From positions 1 to 52,018 of the IMG/VR virus record IMGVR_UViG_3300019874_000007: a stretch of DNA of 52,018 bases. One strand, given 5' to 3'. Both the position numbers and the translations under genes were made by a program. Origin of the DNA: a virus (Duplodnaviria > Caudoviricetes). Numbering within the stretch: the stretch's first letter is position 1; each line of letters opens with the position of its first letter. Positions 34,949 to 43,809 of this stretch are shown one piece after another. Under the pieces are notes generated by a model that was not told the origin of the DNA, ran no database searches, and saw only the letters and a list, made by a program, of their open reading frames with translations.

Positions 34949-35173
34949 ATGCCATCCGAAGAATTAGAAGCGCTCGAAGGCGTCCGTCAGGCGATCGAAA
35001 GAGTCGTCGGCTGGCCACTCGACAAGGGCGAGACCTTCGCGGCCTTCGCGCTCATGGGCCTGACGAGCCGTCTCCAGCCGGTGCAGGTCAACGATACGAA
35101 CGCCCAGAAGATCGTGGTTGGCCTCGCCAAGAAGCTCGGTGAGGACATGGCGCTCGCCATGGAGAAAAAATGA
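34949..35173 (+). CDS. Hypothetical protein
   Basis: 74 aa; AGGA RBS. Confidence 0.65.
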   Translation: MPSEELEALEGVRQAIERVVGWPLDKGETFAAFALMGLTSRLQPVQVNDTNAQKIVVGLAKKLGEDMALAMEKK

Positions 35174-35406
35174 AGCAGTCAGTCGAGCTCGGCGGCGTGA
35201 CCGCGGACACGTCGCCCGGCACGCGCATCGCGCTGGTCGACGATCGCGGCGTCGTGCACATCACCCACACCCGAAGCGAGGCGTGGCAGGTCGAATCGGG
35301 GCATTGGCTGGTGCAGATCGTCGGGCGCACGGGCGGATACCTGTGCGCCCGCTGCTTCGCGCTGCCCGATGAGGCGATCCAGGGCGCGGAGGGTTTGGAG
35401 GGATGA
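35170..35406 (+). CDS. Small SH3-like beta protein
   Basis: 78 aa; TRSEAW...GGY. Confidence 0.6.
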   Translation: MKQSVELGGVTADTSPGTRIALVDDRGVVHITHTRSEAWQVESGHWLVQIVGRTGGYLCARCFALPDEAIQGAEGLEG

Positions 35407-35756
35407 GCGATCCGGTCGACCGTGCGCTCTTCGAGCTTCGTCTGAAGAAAGCCTCCCCGCGCGTGCCTCAGTACATCAAGCTCCGCCACGCGCTCTCCGG
35501 CGCTGAGAAGATCGTCGAGTACCTCGGGATGGCGGGCGAACCGCTCCGCGCTCAGATCCACTGGCCCACCGCGGGCGACTACCTGATCGCTCCGCGCTCG
35601 GGCACGATCCTCGGCTCTGGATCGAGCGCGGAGCGCTTGCGCCTCTGGCGCGTCGTTTCGGAAGACCACGACTTTCTGAAGCAGGAGTATCGCCGGGCGC
35701 GCGCTCGCGTGCCGCAGCGTCCAAAGCGCGCGGAAGGAGTTGTCAAATGTCGGTAG
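35403..35756 (+). CDS. Hypothetical protein
   Basis: 117 aa, ATGA coupling. Confidence 0.6.
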   Translation: MSDPVDRALFELRLKKASPRVPQYIKLRHALSGAEKIVEYLGMAGEPLRAQIHWPTAGDYLIAPRSGTILGSGSSAERLRLWRVVSEDHDFLKQEYRRARARVPQRPKRAEGVVKCR

Positions 35757-37039
35757 AGATCCCCGATGCCGGGACATGGGTCAGCGCAAGTGGAGATGCT
35801 CCAGCGATGGTTGAGGAGGTGAGGAGCGACTACGGCGTCGTGCGCCTGTCGACCGGTGACTGGGCTGCGATTGCGGTTTGCGAACAGGTCCCGTCGCCGC
35901 CTTTGAAAGATGAGGGCGGACTGACTGCGGAGGCGCTCATCGCTCGACCCTGCTGGTCGTGTGGGGCTCACTCGCGGGAGTGGTTTGCCGCCAACCCCGA
36001 GCAAGCCCCGCAAGCTGCGGCGACGCCACTCGGCGATTGCAGCCAGCCCGACCATACGATGAGCTTCTTTACTCTCGAAGCGACGCTATTCGAGCACACC
36101 TGCGCCGGCAGGCCCAATGTTCTCGACTGCGCCGCTTGCAAGGCTGCTGGTCACTACGAGAAGGCTGCCTTTCTGTATGCGCTGAAACCAGGCGCTCGGC
36201 TGCGCGTCAACTGGAGCACATCGAAACGCCACGGGCAGGCATGCGAGTTCGTGCGCGAGACTTACCGCAGCGTGTTTGGGCCCAATCACGTTCACGAGTG
36301 GCACGGCGTCGTGCGATTTGCGAACGGCGAGGAGATGGCGATGGGCCCATGCTTAGAGCCCGACGACATCACCGAGAGTATGGGGCCCGACCTGGCGCGA
36401 CTGATGCCGGAGCATTTGCCCGCGCATTGGGAAGATCTGACCCGTGAGCGCGACGAGCTGCGCTCCAAGGTGAGCGAGCTGGATGTCCGAGCCCAAGAAC
36501 ATGCTGATACTGATGGCTTATGGCAGTCGCGAATGGAGCGTACTGAGCGCGAACTCCGCTCCACCCTCACCGCCACCGAAGCGAAGCTTGCGGGCTCTGA
36601 GGCGGAATCGAAGCGACGGCGCTACGGGCTGGACAAGGTAGAAGAACAGCTCGCCGCCCGAGACGCCGAGATTTACCGACTGCGAGAGCGACTCAGCGCG
36701 TGGTCGACGCTGGACCGAGTCTGCGGAATCTACGGTTGCGACATGCCGAGAGGAAACCCCAAGGCTCCGGCTGACGCGGCCCCTGCTGTAGTCCGGGTAT
36801 TGTGTCCAGAGTGCGGGCGCGGTGAACAGCTAGACCATGTCCGTGGGTGCATGCGACGCGACATGCCCATCGGACTGGTTCCGGTCCCTACTGTAGGCCC
36901 CGACGTGATCACCGACGACGGGATCGAATCAGCCATCACCGCGCTGCGCATTCGGCGCGCGGAAGAGTTGGCGGGCACTGACCGAGTAATCCCGGCGGAC
37001 AGCGCCACGGAGGCCACAGGAGGGCGTGATGGCGAGTAA
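35747..37039 (+). CDS. Mosaic protein with Cys motifs and coiled coil
   Basis: 430 aa; CWSC, CAAC, CPEC; coiled-coil stretch. Confidence 0.65.
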   Translation: MSVEIPDAGTWVSASGDAPAMVEEVRSDYGVVRLSTGDWAAIAVCEQVPSPPLKDEGGLTAEALIARPCWSCGAHSREWFAANPEQAPQAAATPLGDCSQPDHTMSFFTLEATLFEHTCAGRPNVLDCAACKAAGHYEKAAFLYALKPGARLRVNWSTSKRHGQACEFVRETYRSVFGPNHVHEWHGVVRFANGEEMAMGPCLEPDDITESMGPDLARLMPEHLPAHWEDLTRERDELRSKVSELDVRAQEHADTDGLWQSRMERTERELRSTLTATEAKLAGSEAESKRRRYGLDKVEEQLAARDAEIYRLRERLSAWSTLDRVCGIYGCDMPRGNPKAPADAAPAVVRVLCPECGRGEQLDHVRGCMRRDMPIGLVPVPTVGPDVITDDGIESAITALRIRRAEELAGTDRVIPADSATEATGGRDGE

Positions 37040-37337
37040 GCCCATCACTCCGCGTCAGGCCGAGGTTCTGCGCGACCTGAGCGAGACTGACTTCCTGCGC
37101 CCCATGGACGTCGGCGGCCGCGACGGCTCGCACCACAGTGCGACGCTCGCCCAGCTCGCGAATCTAGGCCTGGTCGAGCGTAAGAAGCTGCACTCGACTA
37201 GTTGCCCGTACGGATGCCTTAGGAACGACGGCACGGTCTCGACGCGATGCCGGTGCAAGGGCTCGTGCACCTATCGGCGAATCGCGCGGGCCCGATCCAC
37301 CAAGAAGCGCGAGAGCGCGGGGGAGAGGAAGCTATGA
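37026..37337 (+). CDS. Winged-helix-like protein
   Basis: TPRQAEVL...PMDVGGRDGSHHSATLAQL..LGLVE. Confidence 0.65.
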   Translation: MMASKPITPRQAEVLRDLSETDFLRPMDVGGRDGSHHSATLAQLANLGLVERKKLHSTSCPYGCLRNDGTVSTRCRCKGSCTYRRIARARSTKKRESAGERKL

Positions 37338-37639
37338 GCAAGCAACGAGCATTCCGAGTCGTGTGGTTGATCGAGCGGCGCCCACTACGAGGTGGCCGCA
37401 ACTGGCGCGCGATCGAATGGCCGACCAACGATCGCGAAGGCAAAGAAAAGGTCAAGCAGTACAACCGCCTGATTGCCGACTGCGAGTATCGACTGCAGCG
37501 ATACGAGCCGCGCGTCGCTGACGTGGGGCACTTTTCGGAGGCCGCTATCATTCTTCGGCAGCTGCTGGAAAAAGGGCACGTCAAATTCACGGCGTCGGAG
37601 CGCGCATGGTTGGTTGCTGAGCAACGGAGACTCCCATGA
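37334..37639 (+). CDS. Hypothetical protein
   Basis: MSKQRAF start via ATGA. Confidence 0.55.
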   Translation: MSKQRAFRVVWLIERRPLRGGRNWRAIEWPTNDREGKEKVKQYNRLIADCEYRLQRYEPRVADVGHFSEAAIILRQLLEKGHVKFTASERAWLVAEQRRLP

Positions 37640-38154
37640 CCGCCACCATCGACCGAGCTGCGGAGGCTCCGAGGATTCTCGGGCAGCTGACGACGCCCGT
37701 ACCGGGTGATGATTGGTCGTGGTGGCGCAAGTGCGGGCCTTTCACGTTTGAGCTTTACCGCAACCAAGAGAATGGGCGCTGTGCCGCGAAGGCTTTCCTG
37801 GGCAGCTGCTACACGCGGTTGCTCGAAGGTTCTGAGGCTGACTGCATCGCCGCTATCGAGCGCGAGCTGCTGAAGATTCGCGACGCCATCCCGGCTCGCG
37901 CCGCTGAACCCCCGCAGCCGGCTAGCGTTGGTGGGGCGGGGACAGCTGACTTCGCTGGTGACTGGAGCGACATGGCTGGAGCTGGAATGAATACGCCCCT
38001 GGCCGAGCCCCCGCATCCCAGCAATGAGGAGCTGATAGCTACAGTGCGGGCTAGGTGCCTAGTCGTCCCGTTCAGTGGTCGCGTTACTACAGCAGAAGAG
38101 GCCGCATGTGCGATCGACGCACTCGATCGTCGACTGGCGAAGGGCGGAGCGTGA
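37636..38154 (+). CDS. Hypothetical protein
   Basis: 172 aa, coupled. Confidence 0.55.
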   Translation: MTATIDRAAEAPRILGQLTTPVPGDDWSWWRKCGPFTFELYRNQENGRCAAKAFLGSCYTRLLEGSEADCIAAIERELLKIRDAIPARAAEPPQPASVGGAGTADFAGDWSDMAGAGMNTPLAEPPHPSNEELIATVRARCLVVPFSGRVTTAEEAACAIDALDRRLAKGGA

Positions 38155-38468
38155 TGGTCGAGTACCCCACCGATCTCGACCCACGCGACCTCGAGCCCCA
38201 ATACAGTCGCCACGTCGGGGCGTTGACAAGCGAAGGCCTACATCACAAGTCGGACATCGCGATCCAGTTGGCCTGGCGTGACAAGACGATCGCCGATCTC
38301 CGCAATCAACGGGACGAGTTGATCGACCGATTTGATCGAGAGAAGCTCGACCACGAGGTGACGAAGGGCTACCGGCAGCATGCCGAGTTGCTGCTCCAGG
38401 AGTTGCGTCAGCGTGGCGCCGCGCTGGATCGGCGGCTCGACGCAGAACTCGCTCGAAAGTCAAAATGA
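38154..38468 (+). CDS. Phage protein with coiled coil
   Basis: YSRHVGALTSEGLHHKSDIAIQLAWRD. Confidence 0.65.
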   Translation: MVEYPTDLDPRDLEPQYSRHVGALTSEGLHHKSDIAIQLAWRDKTIADLRNQRDELIDRFDREKLDHEVTKGYRQHAELLLQELRQRGAALDRRLDAELARKSK

Positions 38469-38653
38469 TGACCGGTGGTAATGACGGATCTGAAGTCGTA
38501 CGGACATGGAGCGACAGCTCGTGCGGCACCGGGGACTACCTGCTGCAAACCGCCGATGGCGCGATCAGGAAAATACGGATGACGGACTCACCCCCATTTG
38601 TCACCAGGAAAGTGGGCGGGAAGATCCCTAGCGACAAATTCCATGTTCGATGA
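38465..38653 (+). CDS. Hypothetical protein
   Basis: 62 aa, coupled. Confidence 0.4.
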   Translation: MMTGGNDGSEVVRTWSDSSCGTGDYLLQTADGAIRKIRMTDSPPFVTRKVGGKIPSDKFHVR

Positions 38654-39131
38654 ACACCGCCCCTCGCCACCTTGGCTAGACCAGCCCTGGTGCGTCTTCG
38701 GATCGGGCTCACGCGATCTCCGTCGTGAGCACTACCCGCGTATCCTTGCCGCGCTTGAGAAGTACGCCGAGCCCCGCGGCGGCGTGTTTATTCACGGCGA
38801 CGGAGAAGGCCGGAACGGATCGGTCGGATTCGACAAGCTCGCGGCTCACGCCGCGGAGAAGCACGGCCTCCGATGCTACGGCTTCCCTGCGGACTGGGAG
38901 CGTCTCAAGAAACCAGCAGGCCCGATCCGCAACCGCCTGTGCGCCGAGGTGCTGTTCGCGTTCAAGGGAGCGGGTTACCGACTGGCCTTCGTTGCCTTTC
39001 CGACGGGGAGCACGGGCACCGGGCATACCATCGATCTCGTGACCAAGATGCGGGACAAGCGCGGGGTACCCGTGCAGATCGAGCAGTTCCCGGTGACGCT
39101 TGAGCAAAAGAGAGGAAGAGATCCGATATGA
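38643..39131 (+). CDS. SLOG-superfamily (YspA/DUF2493-like) protein
   Basis: GSRD, FIHGD, GFDKLA, ADW....PAGPIRN, VAFP.GSTGT. Confidence 0.85.
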   Translation: MFDEHRPSPPWLDQPWCVFGSGSRDLRREHYPRILAALEKYAEPRGGVFIHGDGEGRNGSVGFDKLAAHAAEKHGLRCYGFPADWERLKKPAGPIRNRLCAEVLFAFKGAGYRLAFVAFPTGSTGTGHTIDLVTKMRDKRGVPVQIEQFPVTLEQKRGRDPI

Positions 39132-39165
39132 CCCAAATGAAAATCATCGGCCCGAACTGCTGAAT

Positions 39166-39194
39166 TTGACTCCCCCACCCCTCCCCGCTAGAAA
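39166..39194 (+). promoter_or_regulatory. sigma70-type promoter, probably giving a leaderless mRNA
   Basis: TTGACT-N17-TAGAAA, 8 nt before ATG 39203; no RBS. Confidence 0.5.
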
Positions 39195-39202
39195 ACCTCC
39201 CC

Positions 39203-39802
39203 ATGGATTTACTTACCTCGATCTTCGACGCGTTGATGCGCATGACGCCCCACTATACGGACACCGAGTCCAAGGCAGAGCGTGCAGCACGCATGCACAT
39301 CGTGGCGGAAGCCATCAACAATGTCACCAAGCGCGCCGCCTGCACTGGACTCACCGCCGAGCAGTGTCGACCGATCTTCAGCGACCGCCGCTTGCTGGCG
39401 GGGCTGCTGCTCGGCAAGGGCCACTTCGAATCCGACTTCGCGCAGTACGTGCATGAGGGTCACTGCGACCAGGGCCCGGTCGGCCAGCGCTGCGATCCGG
39501 ACGATTTCGGCGCCGCCCGAGCTCACGGCCCCTGGCAGCAGTGGAAGCCCTCCATCTTTCCGCAGGCGGACTGGGCCGCGATGTACGCTGCCACCCCCGA
39601 AGCAACCGAGCTCGCCGCCTGGCACGCCGCCAAACTCCTTGCTGGTTCGCGAAGCATGTGCAAGCAGGCGTTCGCAGGGGACGAGGTGCAGGCTGCCATC
39701 GCTGGCTTCTCCGGGAGCTGTACGATGGGGATGGCGCCGAAGAAAGTCGCCTATCAGGCGGCCGCGGTGCGGAAGATCTTGGCGACTCTGCCAGCTGAAT
39801 AG
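39203..39802 (+). CDS. Lysozyme-like/lytic transglycosylase-like protein
   Basis: Helix ending HFESDF (catalytic Glu-Ser) and GPWQ motif. Confidence 0.55.
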   Translation: MDLLTSIFDALMRMTPHYTDTESKAERAARMHIVAEAINNVTKRAACTGLTAEQCRPIFSDRRLLAGLLLGKGHFESDFAQYVHEGHCDQGPVGQRCDPDDFGAARAHGPWQQWKPSIFPQADWAAMYAATPEATELAAWHAAKLLAGSRSMCKQAFAGDEVQAAIAGFSGSCTMGMAPKKVAYQAAAVRKILATLPAE

Positions 39803-39810
39803 CCCCACCC

Positions 39811-39849
39811 ACCCCAAAACTTTCGTTTCTCCCGGCTCCCGGGTATCCT
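39811..39849 (+). promoter_or_regulatory. Weaker variant of the structural promoter motif
   Basis: ACCCCAAAAC-TTTCGT-N17-TATCCT, 9 nt before ATG 39859. Confidence 0.4.
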
Positions 39850-39858
39850 CTCCCGGGC

Positions 39859-40296
39859 ATGGAGTTCGATCCGGAAAACCGCCCCCGCCCGATGTACCCG
39901 GGCTTTGGCGACGACGCGCCTGCTCCCGCCGCTGAGCCAGCGGCCCCCGCTCCCATGCCGAGCCCGCCCATCATGGCTTCCCGGCCCATGCAGCAGGCGC
40001 TTCCCGCCCCCGCGCCAACCACGGACCCGAAGGCATCCCGTCGGGCCGGCGCAGCCGTCCTGCTCGTCGGCGTCGGCGTCGGCACGGGCGCCCTCGTCGG
40101 CGGCGCCTGGGGAGCAGGGTCGGGACTTTTCCTAGCAGGCGCCTTCTCGAACGCCTACCGCGCCAACTCCCTCTGGCGCTCGGACTTCGCCGACGACCGC
40201 AAAGAGGCCGTCAAAACCACCGTCATGACCGTGCTCGGCTTCGGCCTCGCCGGATACCTCGGCTACCGCGCCAAACAAGCGCGGGACGACGACTGA
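39859..40296 (+). CDS. Pro-rich membrane protein (putative virion)
   Basis: P/A-rich N-terminus; 2-3 Gly-rich TM segments. Confidence 0.7.
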   Translation: MEFDPENRPRPMYPGFGDDAPAPAAEPAAPAPMPSPPIMASRPMQQALPAPAPTTDPKASRRAGAAVLLVGVGVGTGALVGGAWGAGSGLFLAGAFSNAYRANSLWRSDFADDRKEAVKTTVMTVLGFGLAGYLGYRAKQARDDD

Positions 40297-40305
40297 AAGG
40301 GAACC

Positions 40306-40605
40306 ATGTCCTACGTACGCCCCCTCGATCCCTCACGCTTCGGCCCTGGACTCAAAGGCCTCGGATCGATGCTCGACGCCAATGTGCTCACGAGCGCCTG
40401 GTACCTGCCCCTGGTCGAGAAGATCAACAACACGACCGCGCAGCGCGCTTACCGCTGGGCGCCGATGAAGTACCTGTCCAACTGGGACGCCCTCAGCTAC
40501 AACATGTCCTTCACGAACTACTCGGCCGGCATCCGCCAGGAAGCGACCCTCTATCAATGGGACGGCAAGCAATGGCGGAAGACGACTGTGCAGTCGAGCT
40601 TCTGA
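40306..40605 (+). CDS. Small putative virion protein with LKGLG motif
   Basis: MSYVRPLDPSRFGPGLKGLGS; aromatic-rich. Confidence 0.7.
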   Translation: MSYVRPLDPSRFGPGLKGLGSMLDANVLTSAWYLPLVEKINNTTAQRAYRWAPMKYLSNWDALSYNMSFTNYSAGIRQEATLYQWDGKQWRKTTVQSSF

Positions 40606-40642
40606 TTTACTAGCCCCGCGCTCCCCCAAAGAAAGTACCCCG

Positions 40643-41485
40643 ATGAGCGAAGTCGTGTTGTTCGACCCCCAGGTCTCGATGTGCCGCTTCCTCCGGCCCT
40701 TCCCGAACTTCGAGCGTGTCTACCAGGGCGCAGACGGTACGCGCCCCATCGCTTTCCCAGGCGTCCTCGATCTATACGCCGAAAAAGGCACGACTGGCTT
40801 CGACCCAAACCTCCTCGGCGCGATCACGGTCCCGATGGGATCGCGTGTCACGATTTGGATCCCGCAAACGATCGCCGGTTACGACGTGAATGCCCTCTAC
40901 GAATACCAGGTAATCTGGCGCCTGAGAAACGTGCGCGACTACCGCGTAGGCCAATCCGAGGGCCAGGTGACCGCGACCCAAAACTACTCGAGCTACCACC
41001 TGACGACGAGTGGCCTCGGGCAACCTCAAGCCAATGTTTCTCCGCCGAGTGCGCTCAATCAGCGCTTCTTCCTTCCGGGCGCGAGCCAGACGCGTGCCTT
41101 CGTGCAGGCCGAGCCCGCGGCCGGTCTCCCCGCCACGATCAACCTGACTGGCGAGCGCTTGCAACCAACGCTCGACCCAGTCTGGGTGCCGCCGCTGACG
41201 CCGTCAGGAACCGATGGCGTCTGGCAGCAAGGCGTCTACGTCAACTCCTCTCAACCGAACAACGGCGGCCCGAGCTGGCTGACGTATACCTTCGAGCAAG
41301 CGGTCGGCGACGAACTCGCCATCCTGGCCTACAAGATCCCGCCTGGCGAAGGCTCGCCCCCGGACTGGGACTTCACGACGGCCGATCCCGGAGATCTCGC
41401 CTTCTCGAATACCTTCGGCAATGGCAACGGCCAGAATCAGCCGAACCCCTTCACGTCGATCTTGGTGATGACCGGCACGACGTAG
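40643..41485 (+). CDS. Beta-rich putative structural protein (vertex/penton candidate)
   Basis: 280 aa; P/G/T/Q-rich with alternating beta patterns; adjacent to the fibre locus. Function inferred only. Confidence 0.6.
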   Translation: MSEVVLFDPQVSMCRFLRPFPNFERVYQGADGTRPIAFPGVLDLYAEKGTTGFDPNLLGAITVPMGSRVTIWIPQTIAGYDVNALYEYQVIWRLRNVRDYRVGQSEGQVTATQNYSSYHLTTSGLGQPQANVSPPSALNQRFFLPGASQTRAFVQAEPAAGLPATINLTGERLQPTLDPVWVPPLTPSGTDGVWQQGVYVNSSQPNNGGPSWLTYTFEQAVGDELAILAYKIPPGEGSPPDWDFTTADPGDLAFSNTFGNGNGQNQPNPFTSILVMTGTT

Positions 41486-41490
41486 CGCTC

Positions 41491-42303
41491 GTGCCGCTGC
41501 TTCGTCCACACCTTGGTCCGCTTCCGCCACAGATCGACAAGATCTGGGTGGTAGTGCCGTTCAGTCGGCCTGAGCATCTGCAGCGCGTGCTCGGGAACTT
41601 TGCGCGCCAACGCTTCCCCGGCAAGCGTCTGATCATCGTCGAGAACGGCCCTGCCATCGGATCAGTCCCGCGCCCGATGGATTGCGACATCCTGAGCTCC
41701 CCGACGCACATCGCGCACGCCAAGAACGCCGCCCTCGATTTCATCAAAAAACAGGGGGGAGGTTTTTTTGCAACGATGGACGACGATGACTGGTATGGCC
41801 CCGGCTACCTCGACGAGCTCGCCGGCTACGCGCGCTCATTCGATGGCCTCGGTAAGCAACGCCACTTCGTCTCGCTCGGTGACGATCTGCGCGAGCCCGC
41901 TCCCGAGCTCTTCCTCACGAACCGCATCCACCAAGATCTTGTCCCCGCCTCCTGGCTGAGCGGCGGCACGATCAGCGGCTGGGCCGAGACAGCGCTCCCC
42001 TTCCGCGCGGTCCAGACGGAAGATCTCGATTGGTGCTCCCGCATGCAAGCTCAGGGTGCGCGCCTGCGTGGGCTGTCGATTTACCACTACCTCTACCGGC
42101 GCTCATACGCTGGCGCCGCGCACACCTGGGCGCAGTCGCGCGAGCGATTTCGGGATAGCCTCAAAAACAAAGATACGCTGGAGTTCCCGTTGACGGAAGC
42201 GGGGAACATCGACTTCGACATCGTGACCGGCGAGAAAGCACCGACGAAATATCGAGTCGTCGGGCAGAAGCGCTTCATTCCCACTACCCAAACGCACCCG
42301 TAG
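41491..42303 (+). CDS. Glycosyltransferase family 2 (GT-A)
   Basis: VVVPFSRP, LIIVENG, AKNAAL, MDDDDWYGP.YL, ED. Confidence 0.85.
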   Translation: MPLLRPHLGPLPPQIDKIWVVVPFSRPEHLQRVLGNFARQRFPGKRLIIVENGPAIGSVPRPMDCDILSSPTHIAHAKNAALDFIKKQGGGFFATMDDDDWYGPGYLDELAGYARSFDGLGKQRHFVSLGDDLREPAPELFLTNRIHQDLVPASWLSGGTISGWAETALPFRAVQTEDLDWCSRMQAQGARLRGLSIYHYLYRRSYAGAAHTWAQSRERFRDSLKNKDTLEFPLTEAGNIDFDIVTGEKAPTKYRVVGQKRFIPTTQTHP

Positions 42304-42321
42304 TCGATAGGCTCGCGGGCC

Positions 42322-43227
42322 ATGATCAGCGTCTTCACTCCGCTCACAGCGTCCGGAAACCCATACATCGAAGCCGCCTGGGAGACGCTGAAGGCGCAGA
42401 CGCTTCAAGACTTCGAGTGGGTCGTCCTCGAGAACCACGGCGGCGTGCTACCGAAGAAGATCCGCAAAGATCCGAGAGTGCAGGTCTACAGCGAAGAGGC
42501 GCTCCAGGGCATCGGCGCCATCAAGCGGCGCTGCTGCGAGCTCGCCAAAGGCGACTTTCTACTCGAGCTCGATCACGACGATCTGCTCCATGAAACCGCG
42601 CTCGAGAAAGCGATCGCTGCCCTCGATCAAGCGGACTTCGTTTACTCGGACACGGCGGAGTTTAAAGTGGACTACCCGTTCGATCTGGCCGCCCTCGCCC
42701 GCGATCCGGATCTGACCCCGGCCCACACCAAAGCGCATCGGACCGCGTATCAAAACGCGCGCTGGGTCCCGAACACCTACTCCTCCGAATACGGATGGGA
42801 GACGTACCCCGTCACCTTCCAAGGCCGCGAGCTTCAGGCGCACATGCAGCCGCCCGCCACTCCGCAAAATCTCCGCCGTGTCGAGTGGTCCCCCAATCAT
42901 CTCCGCGCTTGGCGGAAGGCTGCGTACTGGGCGGTCGGCGGCCACAACCCCGAGTTCCCCGTCATCGACGACCACGATCTGATCGTGCGGATGTTCCTCT
43001 CGGGGCTCACCTTCAAACACATCCCCGAGTGTTTGTATTTCTATCGAGTCCACAGCGGAAACACCGTCGCGCGCGACAACGCGCTCATTCAACGCCTGAC
43101 CCAAGACGTGTACGACCAGAACATCACCGCGCTCGCGGAGAAGTTCGCTGATCGATCTCTGCGGCGCCATCGACACGCAGCCCGGCTACGAGCCGCTCGA
43201 CATCAGCCTCGGCCACAACTTGGATGA
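42322..43227 (+). CDS. Glycosyltransferase family 2; probable N-part of a GT-methyltransferase fusion
   Basis: MISVFTP, QTLQDFEWVV, ELDHDD, DDHDL, LYFYRVH. Confidence 0.9.
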   Translation: MISVFTPLTASGNPYIEAAWETLKAQTLQDFEWVVLENHGGVLPKKIRKDPRVQVYSEEALQGIGAIKRRCCELAKGDFLLELDHDDLLHETALEKAIAALDQADFVYSDTAEFKVDYPFDLAALARDPDLTPAHTKAHRTAYQNARWVPNTYSSEYGWETYPVTFQGRELQAHMQPPATPQNLRRVEWSPNHLRAWRKAAYWAVGGHNPEFPVIDDHDLIVRMFLSGLTFKHIPECLYFYRVHSGNTVARDNALIQRLTQDVYDQNITALAEKFADRSLRRHRHAARLRAARHQPRPQLG

Positions 43228-43675
43228 GCGCTGGCCACTCGAAGACAACTCCGTCGGAGTCATCCGTGCCCACGACGCCATCGAGCACCTCAAAGATCCC
43301 GTTCACGTCATGAACGAAGCCTACCGGGTGCTCGCCCCCGGCGGCTTCTTCCTCATCCGCGTGCCGTCGACCACAGGCCCGATGATCCGCACGCCCGCCA
43401 TGGATGGTGGCGATTTCCACTGGGTCGCGAGCGCCGGCCGCGGCGCTTTCCAGGACCCCACCCACGTCTCGTTTTGGAACGAAAATTCGTTCTGGTACTA
43501 CACGAAACGCTCTCACGCGCGCTACCTGAGGGGCCTCAAGGCTCGCTTTCAGGCCATTCGGAGGCGGACGTTCTACCCGGACGATTTCCACCAGCAGCAC
43601 GCGATCCCCTACGTGGAGGCGCACCTCGTGGCCCTGAAAGACGGCTACGAGCCGATGGGGCTCGTCGAGATCTAG
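43148..43675 (+). CDS. Class I SAM methyltransferase domain in the +1 frame (frameshifted from the GT2)
   Basis: LIDLCGAID...WPLEDNSV...HDAIEHL...YRVLAPGG...AFQDPTH; motif I lies upstream of the TTG at 43220. Confidence 0.8.
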   Translation: MIDLCGAIDTQPGYEPLDISLGHNLDERWPLEDNSVGVIRAHDAIEHLKDPVHVMNEAYRVLAPGGFFLIRVPSTTGPMIRTPAMDGGDFHWVASAGRGAFQDPTHVSFWNENSFWYYTKRSHARYLRGLKARFQAIRRRTFYPDDFHQQHAIPYVEAHLVALKDGYEPMGLVEI

Positions 43676-43716
43676 ACCCAAAAAGTTGCAGCCTGCTCCC
43701 GCATAGGGATAGGCTT
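43676..43716 (+). promoter_or_regulatory. Putative late/structural promoter, copy 2
   Basis: ACCCAAAAAG-TTGCAG-N18-TAGGCTT. Confidence 0.7.
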
Positions 43717-43809
43717 CACCCCACTCTATCGGGATTCGGGCGACTGCTCGAATCAGGACGGTCGAGCTCGGGCCGCGGTGCATCCGCGGCTGAGGAGCTT
43801 TCCCCGCCC

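Noticed and set aside
40681-41490. N-terminal 270 aa of the 540-aa ORF-track call
   Set aside because: Arg/Pro-rich off-frame overlap with 40643-41485; GT2 similarity begins only after the GTG at 41491.
43474-43809. N-terminal extension of the collagen ORF
   Set aside because: Overlaps the methyltransferase and the promoter; the paralog at 48681 and the RBS place the start at 43810.
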